A stretch of DNA of 63,346 nucleotides, counting the filler, from Reclinomonas americana ATCC 50394 (taxonomy: Eukaryota), in NCBI GenBank assembly GCA_048213135.1. It is 13 parts of 13 records of this genome, joined end to end, with 100 filler letters (N's around TTAATTAATTAA, not from the genome) between each part and the next. Parts side by side here need not be neighbours in the genome. Positions count along the whole stretch, not along the records: positions 51,918 to 63,346 come from AFZH01021284.1; 12 more parts are not named here. One strand, written 5' to 3'. Under the pieces are notes generated by a model. It did no database searches, had not been told where the DNA came from, and saw only the letters and a program-made list of their open reading frames with translations. Position 1 is the stretch's first letter. Every line of letters starts with the position of its first letter. Both the position numbers and the translations under genes were made by a program. Positions 54,123 to 63,346 of this stretch are shown here, piece after piece.

Positions 54123-57100
54123 TTACTTTGCGCCAGTCTTGCGTCGCTTCTGTGCGGGCGCCACGACCTTCTCCCCGCCGTCGTCATCGTCATCATCATC
54201 ATCGTCGTCGGAGACAGGCTCCTCCTTGACTGCCGTGCGCTTGCCGGTGGCGCTTGCCGGTTTTTTCGGGCGCGCTGCTGCCGGCTTCTTGCGCACCAGC
54301 GGCTCGTCGTCGGAGCTGTCCTCGCTGCTGCTGCTGCCATCGCCATCGCTCTCCGCGTCGGCGCGCTGGCGGGACTTGGTTGTTTTTGTGGTGGTGGCCT
54401 TTGTGGTCGAAGCTCCCTTTTTGAAGAACGAGGCCGCGGCTGATGCGCGTGATTTGCCGGACGACGACCTGCGTTGACTGCATGGGTACCAGTGCGTCAA
54501 TGCGCATGGTGCGACGCAGCAACGTACCCAGCGGCTGCACCAACAGCACCACCTGCGGCCTCGTCAATGTCCATGACCTGCATGCACACGTGTCAGCGAT
54601 TCCGCCTGCTTGTTTGGCGAATGACAGCACGGCGGATTTACCTCCAGCCCGGCTCCCAGGTACACGTCGAGCTTTGGCAAGCGGTTGATCTTGGCGACGT
54701 AGTCCTTGACCTGTGTGTGGGCGCAATGAGTGAGTGGTGCAGTTGAAAAGGAGACTTGAGCGAGGGGAGCACGAAACATTGAACTTGCGCTCGAGACCAG
54801 TGGATACCATGTACCGCATCTGTGCCTCAGCGTTGGCGATGGAGAGGGGGAATGCATAAGACGACGGTCAACGCGCTCACCTTGCCAAACACTGGTCGCT
54901 CGGTCCACGGACGGTCGTGCAAGCCGAATAGCCTGCACAGATAGTCAGTACATCAGTCGGCGAAGCGCGTGCACAATCAATCTCGTCGCAACACACACCA
55001 GTTGATGCTGGTGTAGGAGTTGGGATCTGTGCACAGGAGGAGAGGAATGAGATACAAATGCCACTGCTGCTGCATGATTCGCTGGTGGAGAGACGCACCT
55101 CGTCCGTCCAGCTCATACTTGTCGTTCAAGTAGACCAGCGTGCGGTGCGCGATTTCGTACGTCTGCACATTTGGTGAGCACCGGTGATGAGATGGAGAAC
55201 GTGCGTGAGAAGCATGACGTACCGGCGTCCACTCGATCACTACGGTGGTGGAACAGCAGGAACGAATGCGTGGTGTGAGACGGTGAACGAGTGAAAAGCA
55301 GTGAGGAGTGCGGGATACCTTTCTTGCCCCAGTACATCTGTCAGCAGCGGAGTGAGCGATGCATGCGAGTGCAGGTTCACAGAAACAACTCATCACGCAC
55401 GCACCCGCATGTAATTGTGCATCTTGCCGCGGACCACCATCTCTTTCTGTGCGGCGTTCCAGTACGGATCGTGCGTTTGCGCCAGCTCGAATTGACGTGT
55501 GGTGTACAGATGGTCGCGCTGATCGCTGCGAGATTTCAGGCACGTGAGCGACAATCGGTCTCGGCAACGCGACAGGCAGCAGCACATACCCAGCGTGCTC
55601 GGCCATGGTCTTGTGTGCCCACTCGGGCAGGCCAGCCAGCGACGTGGCGTCCTTGTTGTGGAACACGTAGTTCATGGACAACTTCGAAACAAAAGGTGGT
55701 GAGTAAAAGGAGGAGAGAAGAGTCTCTCTCGCGCGATCCACGGCCTCACCTCACGCCGAATAACCAACTCCTCCTGCAGCAGCATATGCATGTAAAGTCA
55801 GGCAACTCACTGAGAGAAAGGCAAGAAAGACAAGCGGAGGAAACGCAACAATGTACGACTCGACTGCCTCCTTGTGTTGCCGCTTGCACTCGAGCACCTG
55901 CGCAACAATGAGACCTCATACACGCCTCGTGCAATTCTTCTTGCCAACTCTCTTCCTCACCCGCAGCGCAATGTACACCTGCGGTGTGAGCAGTCAGCAG
56001 CTGCAGACGAACTGCACCAGAAGCGAGGAACGCAACCGGAGATATCTGGCCGAAATGCAGATACGGGCTCATGTTGGAGGTGTAGTCATTGTGTGGATCA
56101 CTGCGCTCCGTGTCTGCGTCGAACGAGTGAGGCAACAACAAGAGACAGCGCAGGCGCAGTATTCGCAACATTTGGCCAGCTTGCGAGAAATGAACTGGCG
56201 ATGTGTATGCATGTGAGCAAGACGAGAAGACCACCAGCTCCTCTCTACAAATCACACCAACCTCGTTGAGATGGCGCTCGGCTTCCGTGAACCCGCCACG
56301 GAAAATGTCGATGCGCGGCACCGTGCGATCAATGTCGAGCGACGCCAGCACGGCATCCACGTCGGACAAGTCGAGCAAATCGTTGCAGTAGGCCTTCAGA
56401 TCGAGCTCCAGCGATGAGTGCACGAGCGCGTTGGGCACGAGCTCCGTCAAGAACTCGTTGATATGGCGGTGAATACGCGGGCGAATGGTACGTGCGGCCC
56501 ACTCTGCACTCGCACACACCACGAGTGAGACGAGAGGACAGAGCACGCCAGGCAGCGATGGCACACAAAATCGTGCACCGTACCTTGTTTCTCGCTGACA
56601 ACATCGATCGGCACCACCACATCGCTTTCAACTTGCACCAGTGCACAATTGATTCGCTCCGCCACCTGCTCACGCCACTGCCGCTGGATAGGCATGTAGC
56701 CGCGATCGGTCACCACCAGCGCCGCATCGGCAGCCATCTGGTACGCAACTCAAGTCACGAAGCGATCGGCTAAAGAGTATGCAAAGAGAATCGCCAACCT
56801 CAATGGCCGCCTCGGGAGGACTCTTGTACTTGCACAACAGCCGCACACCACGCTCACGGAACGCCGTCGTCGCGTCGGCCACGCCCTCCAGCATGAACGC
56901 ATAGTGACGCAGATTGGCCGACGGGTATCGATCCGTCACCTGTGTGACAACATCAGCGAAACGCAAACGCCGTCACTGCTGCTCGTCGGGGCCACGCAAC
57001 GCCAAACACCGCCACCAGCGGCAACGCAAACTCATTCGCTCTCTCAATGGCATCTGCAGCACACACAGAGTGAACACACACACACCGATGCGCATGATCG

Positions 57101-57361
57101 ATCGAGTGCGTACGCAACACTCCAGCGCATAGTTGTAACTCGCACGCGCTGTTCCCTGCATCCAGTACAGCACGTAGCTGTGCGCGTACAAGATCAGCAC
57201 CTCTCCTTTTGTTGTGTGCGCGCGCATGAGAGTCTCACTGACCGACGATTCGCCACTGCTTCGACACTGCCGCTGCGACCTCCTCCGCCGCCCATCACCG
57301 ATCGCAGAACTTTGATGCGCTCGCGTTGCACGACGGATCGCGATGACGACGATGCCGACAT
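54123..57361 (-). CDS. PHR: Class II CPD photolyase with Lys/acidic C-terminal tail
   Basis: [106 protein letters not shown]. Confidence 0.93.
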
Positions 57362-58433
57362 GCTTGCTTGCTCTCTCACACACACAAAACAATCAAGGCA
57401 GTGCTCTTTCAGCTGCGTGCATGCTAGACAGGCGGAGAATTGAAAGCACGCGGAGTGGTGACGAAAACTCCATCAGTCAAGTCTGTCTTCATTGGAATCA
57501 ATAATTTGCCTGTATAATTGCAGTCACAGTGTGAGTGCACGGGATGCAGCATGCTACGTGTGAGCGTGTGCTGCCTCGCGTTCACAAAATCAGAGACTTT
57601 AGACTTCGTCACTTGCATTCCGAAAGAGCTAATATCTATTCATCATCTTGTGCTTGCAGCTTCTCTCTCTGCATGCGTGTGGTGACCAAACTCACCAGCA
57701 GCACAAAGTGGTCCTTTCCCGAGTCTGCTGGCACGCGGGAAAACAATCGAGTCAGCACATAATGGGGAGCGTGCACACACAAACACAGCTAAAGGAGGAG
57801 TGTTTCGTTGTTCAGGTGAAAAGGTTGTGACACACAGAACCACTCGTGAGTGGCCTAGGCAGTCTAACATGTATTCGACATCACTACAACGAAGGGAGAG
57901 GGAGAGAGGGAGAGGAAAGGGAGAAAGAGAGTGTGCTCACCTTGGTGCACATGCACATGCACATGACGCACACGTTGCTGTTTTTCTTCGTCTTCCTTCT
58001 TCTCCTGCTTCGTGTGGAGAGGTGGTGCGGCGCTGGTTGCAGCGAGTGCGTGCTTGACATCTCGCTTGTTGATGACGACATGCATCGTCGTCACAGTCGT
58101 CACATCAGAGGTTGCTCTTGCCCATTGAATGCAGAGGTGGTGGCGCGTGCGTCTCACTCGACCATGGTGTGCACGGCAGATCTGAGCGCGCCAAAGAGTT
58201 GCAAGAAAAAACAATGTCCTGCAGCACACGAATGACGGACTTCGACGGCCGGCCACCATTCTCGTGTCTTCAGCGTGGTTGATAGTAAAGCAGTGCTTCG
58301 CGCCACACTTTCGTTGTCGTCAAACGTGTGCCAATCGAAATCCAGTTGTCGGCCTTCGACATCTCTGTCCTCAGCTTGTCGTTGTCAAAACAAGATCCAC
58401 AACATTCATTACCCAACACTCCGAAAACCACTT

Positions 58434-59606
58434 TCACTGCAGCAACGGGTACGACGGCACTGCACGGGAAAGAAAAGGAGAATGTCAGCATCAAGTCTCA
58501 AACATCATTACCATTTCCCCGATCACTCACTTGTCAGCACGCCGCACATGTTGACCGACGGGCCACGCGCCAGCCAAATGTAGCCCTCGTTGCCCCAGCC
58601 GCTGCCCCAGCTGTTCTTGACGAGCCAGTACGCCTGTCCCTGGTACGTGTCGTAGCCAATGACCAGCGCGCCGTGGTCCGTGGTGGTCGAGCACGACGTG
58701 TCGCTGAAGACGCCGTGCGAGTAGAACTGGAAGGCCATGGAGGAGGCGTTGACAGCAACGGAGACCGGACCAACGTTGCCGACGGCGTCGACCATCTCGG
58801 CATCGTTATTTGGCGTCACGTCCTTGTAGCTCTTGACTTGGCCGACCTCAATGGTGCGCGCCGGCAGCGGGTCTCTGCAGGTGCCCTGCTCGGCCTTGTA
58901 GCGGTAGGCCGACTCCGACGCCAGTCCGTTCTTGATCACGTACTGGAATGCCCAGTCCATCTCGCCACCATTGCAGCCCTCGTTGCCCTCGCCACCGGAG
59001 CAATCAATCAGCTCCTGCTCCGACAGCGACACCAGCTTGCCCTTGGACTGGATCACCACAGCACCCTCCAGCGCACCAGTGACCGGGTAGGCCCACGAGG
59101 AGCCGCACTGACCCTGGTTCTTGACGGGGGTCACTGCACCGGACTTGCGCCAATCGGGCGCATCGGGAGCGTCGCCGACCAACTCATGCGCCGAGCGCTC
59201 CGTCACTCCCTCAAAGCCCGCATGCATCGGCAACGGCCGCCGCAAGTGCTGCGCCGCAAACTCGGCCACCGTCAGATCCCCGAAGCGATTCATGCGCAGC
59301 GAGAAGGAGCGGTCGGAGCGCGCATTGTGCGCCCGAATGCCGTCCAAATTCTCCCGAAACACGCTAAACCGCTGCTCTTCCTCCACCGCAGACGCGTACA
59401 CCTTGCCCTGCTGCACCTTCCACGCCTCAAACACAGCACGCGCAAGCTCCACAGGCAGCGGCTGCAAAACGGAAAAAGGGTTGGCCATTTCACTCACGCG
59501 CATAGACACACGCGCGCGCGCACATACAGACCTCCACTGTCTCGGCAGTGGCAACAGCCACCAGCAGCAACACCACCAGCGCAGAGACGACGACAAACGC
59601 GCGCAT
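58434..59606 (-). CDS. Cathepsin-L-like papain (C1A) preproprotein with catalytic Cys replaced by Ser
   Basis: Signal peptide MRAFVVVSALVVLLLVAVA; I29 propeptide with ERFNIN-like EEEQRFSVFRENL and MNRFGDLT; DWRKSGAVTPVKNQGQCGSSWAY, SLSEQELIDCS, GCNGG, DHGALVIGY, YWLVKNSWG; last exon MPSYPLLQ*. Confidence 0.92.
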
Positions 59607-59675
59607 GACTAGTGATCAAAGTGCGTCGATGACCGACGAAATTTCACCAGAGATCTCAACGTTCTACTCACAATC

Positions 59676-62600
59676 ATGTCAGCCGAGGGCGTGGGCGTCG
59701 GTGCCGGCTTCCCCCCACTACGGTACGCATTTCTCACCTACACATACACATACACAGAGAAACGCATCCACGCGAAAACCATCGCGCTCAACCGAAAATC
59801 ACACACAGAGGCAGTGGTGCGGTGAGGAACTCGCAGCAGGCGGGTGGAGGACTGGAGCATCTCATTCGCGAGCAACAATACCGCGAGCGTGGCGGCGGCG
59901 ACTTTGGCGACGATGATGAGGAGGGAGAACGGACAAAGATGGCACTTTCGAGACAGCTTGCCGCGCAAATGGCGGCCGAGGCGCAGGCGAAGAAGGCCAC
60001 TGATGAGGAGCTGCTGGTGCAGAGGGAGAGAGAGGTGGAGGTGCAGAGGAGGCGTGCAGAGAACACATGCAGGTGCGTGTGAGATGGGCGATCAGAGATG
60101 ATCGGGTTGAGGCTCATGCGCTGCGTATGGGGGAGCAGAGCACGGTGTCAGGACAACTGCTCGGTCTTGTTCTTCTCGCATAACATGTTCTGGACGGAGA
60201 AGTTTATCATTATCGTCGAGCTGATCCAGTTCCTCGGCTTCTTCTGGCAATGGCCGTGGCCGTGGCCGTACTAGTTGCGCGCCACCCAGCTCGCCTCCCT
60301 CTTCGTTCGTTCACGTCTTGACGTGGTGCGCTGTGTGTGGTGCAGCTGGCTGTCGTGGACGCATTTTACGACGCTGGTCAATGTGGATCTCGTGTCGTAT
60401 CGCACCGAGTTGTCGCCGTTTCTCAGCAACTGGGAGAGCGCGTCGATTGCCGGGCTGCCTGTGTATTTGATATTCTGGTGGGTGGCGGAGGAAGTGCCAT
60501 GGGAGTGCGCCACCGCCAGCGTCGCTAATGTCTCTCTCCTCTCTCTCGCGTGCAGGTGTATTCTTCCCTTCCTTCCGCTTCTTGTTACATACTTGTTTCA
60601 ACGATTCAACTGGCCCGGCCGATTCAATGCCGAGCGCGTGTGCTTCTATGCTTGTTGCGTCGTCGCCCTGCCTCTATCGCCAGTCGTTGCCTGGCTCTCA
60701 CGCGCTGCGGCGGCGGCACAGTGCAATTCCTCTATCTGCCGACGGCACTGCACTTGATCCGCTTTGGCGTGTGCTCGTCCAGCGGTGACTATGCCGCCTC
60801 ATGTTCATGTGCGTTCGTTTGGCCCTCCCTCTCTCCCTTTTCCCTTTTCTCATCGCACACCTCCGCAGTCGAATGCCCGGCTGGAAAAGTGTGCATGCTG
60901 CGCTGGGTGGTGACGGGCGCTGCGGGCGCCGTGTTCTTGCTCGGCGCACCCATCATGTTTATTGTGCTCGTCAAACGACAACTCATCTATGTGGCGTCGG
61001 AGGAGCACGAAAAGTACTTGTGTTCCAAGGAGGCCGAGTACGTGCTGGAGGTCAACCAGAGTTGGGAACGACGCCATTTGCATCTCCTGAGCTCGTTCAC
61101 GCGACGCATGGTGTACTACAAGGCCTTCCGCATGTTCCACAAGCTGGCCATGGTGTTGGTTCTGGTCATTCTCAGCAACAACCAGCCCAACGCCGGCCTC
61201 GCCGTGCTGATTGTGGTCGCGGCGCCCCTCTTTTTCTTCTTTTTCTAGTTGCGTCACCATTGTCGTCGCACCAGAGACGCACAGGTACTCACCCCGTTCG
61301 CTTTCATTTCTCACAGTCCGCCCTACCGGCTCACGTCGACGAATTTCCTCATGCAAGTCATTGGCTGGGTGCTGGTGATTGACGTGATCCTCGGCTACCT
61401 GGCGGCCACCAAAGTCCGCTCGCCGCTGCTCGTGGCCTCCGTCATGACCGTGTGGCTCATCTTCTTCAACGCCTTTGGCCTCGTCATCTTCCTCATCCTG
61501 TCGCTCTTTTGGTCGTTCAACGAGGACTCGTCGTGGCCGGTGACACGCAAGTCAGTGCGCCGTCTCACCAAGGGTGCGTGACGGCGTGGGAACGGTGGTG
61601 TATGAGTGGTTTCTCATCATGTATTCTTCACAGGCTACAAGTACTTTGTCAAGATCATCAGGCGTGCCTCCCTGCGTCTCGAGGTCGTGCGATTACAGCA
61701 GCCGATGTTTGTGCGCCCGGACAAGCTGAAGGAGCTCATCCGCAAGCTCGATCAGTGCTGGCAGCAGGCCAAGTTCGAGGAGCACCCGCTGGAGCGCACC
61801 ATTCACATTCTCCTCGACGAGCTCGTCATTCAGTACAATCGGTCAGTGTCACACGTGGTGTTGTCGATTGTGGTACGGGTCACTCATCGCCTCCGCGCAG
61901 TGTCAAGAATGTCACGCTGTTCCCCGATCAGCAACTGGAGGAGGCACTGATGGACTTTCACGATCGACTGGACGCACGCAACAAGGAACTGGCACTGGTA
62001 TCGGCGCGCAACCGTCGTATCCTGCTCAAACTGCTGGCGATTCGGTTCTTTGCAGGCGGACTCAAGGTGGGGAAAGAATGGGGAGGGGGTGGAGGGCATG
62101 GCGCGTAATGTCGCGGCTGACAAATTCTCTCCCTTTCTGCAGTCCCGCACCGCGCGACAAGCCATCGATCAGGTGGCGTACGACGAATCGGAGGGCTCAG
62201 AAGCCGCGCCACCGTGCGTCACCCGTGCTGCTTCGTGAATGAGAAAGAGAACTCACTCAACTGGCGTGCACAGTGGCGTGCTGGAGGAGGACGAGGTCAC
62301 CGACAACGAGCTCCTGCTGCCGCGTGACCACGACGATGGGCCACTGACCGACGTGGACTACGCTGCGGTGGCTGCGGCCGACGGGCGCCAGCAGCGCGAG
62401 CTGGACGACATGCTGCAAGACGCGCATCGCGGTCGCGGCTTCGACTCCGACTCCGACTCGGACGGTGACGACGACGACGATGACGACGGTGGTGTGGGTG
62501 GTGCTGGTGGCTATCACGACCGCGGACATACCAGCGGCGTTCGTGCGTTTTTCTGCTTGCAGCGAGTGACCGCCATGTCCCTATTTGCTGGTGTTGATTT

Positions 62601-63018
62601 GACGCTCACGATCAATACCATCCGGCAGGGTACGATGCGGAGGTTGGAGGCTTCGAGATGCCCGATCGCCGACTGCACCACTTGGGGTACGTGTTTGCGT
62701 CAGGACAGGGAGAGTGCGTGTGTGTGCATAGGTGTGACATGCGAATTGACACACGCGATATACGGGTGGAAAAATTGCAGGGCTCGATTCGATGACAGAC
62801 CACGGTTTGGGGGTCACTCACCACAGCCACCACCGCGGGTGGTCAGTGGCACCACGCAGCCGCGACAAGCCGCATCGCCAGTTGCGCGTGTGCGCACACT
62901 CAATTCTGGACAAACGCTCATTTTTTCGACTCACTCTCCCTCGTGTGTGTCGCAGATTGACGATGGCGGTCCCCACGCCCGCCACCTCAGCTCAGGACGC
63001 TACGCAGGGTTTGACTAA
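59676..63018 (+). CDS. Multipass membrane protein of unknown function with acidic cytoplasmic C-terminus
   Basis: Many hydrophobic segments across short-intron exons (e.g. VVTGAAGAVFLLGAPIMFIVLV, LAMVLVLVIL, VIGWVLVIDVILGYL, VWLIFFNAFGLVIFLILSLFW), plus the motif LLSSFTRRMVYYKAFRMFHKL. Start inferred. Confidence 0.65.
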
Positions 63019-63346
63019 GCGCGCGGGTCGTGAGTGAAAAAAGAATGACTTCCTTATTTGGGGGTGCGGTGTCTGGACACTGTCCTCCTCTTCTTTTCTC
63101 TTTGTGCGCGGTGTGGGAGTGAAGGCAAGCACCACCTCGCTTCTCGCACTATTTCCGCTCTGTGTTCGTCTCTCTGTCGAGTGTGTGTGTGTGTGTGCGT
63201 GGGATAGCGAGTGAGACACTGCATCACTTTGTTGGAGTGTGTGCACGGAGGGCCTGTCTGCTTTTTTGTGTATTGATTACCACGCCAAAGTTTCATGGGC
63301 AAGGACGCCAACAAGGTGAGTGCGTGTGTGTGTCGTGTACCATAGT

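Noticed and set aside
57424..58430. Possible small gene between photolyase and cathepsin
   Set aside because: Only short ORFs with no motif, and I could not build a consistent exon chain.

Overview
Eukaryotic nuclear DNA, probably from a flagellated protist (IFT172 and CDK20/LF2-type genes are present). It is GC-rich and extremely gene-dense, with many short GT-AG introns and microsatellite-filled introns. The window is 13 contigs joined by 12 artificial 100-bp spacers (44N-TTAATTAATTAA-44N). Several genes run coherently across the spacers, so these behave as scaffold gaps hiding real sequence. Genes in order: virilizer/VIRMA-like (-), RNI-type LRR protein (+), CDK20 (-), Era GTPase (+), BCD1/ZNHIT6 (+), DDI1 (+), then a tandemly duplicated cassette of two atypical HSPA12-like Hsp70 genes (-) facing a lipid-anchor-motif (MGTCCS) Mieap/GrpE-like gene (+), with a MITE and a hAT-like insertion. 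After that come a large secreted protein with phage-like GGTGY repeats and an L-type lectin domain, LKB1/STK11, two intronless WD40 paralogues, IFT172, an F-box-METTL4-like MT-A70 fusion, class II CPD photolyase, a cathepsin-L-like protein with catalytic Cys->Ser, and a multipass membrane protein. The most promising novelties are the Hsp70-like/GrpE-like cassette, the F-box-MT-A70 fusion, the Ser-cathepsin, the phage-repeat lectin and the WD40 pair. Family calls come from motif recognition by eye, not database searches, and exon boundaries are approximate.
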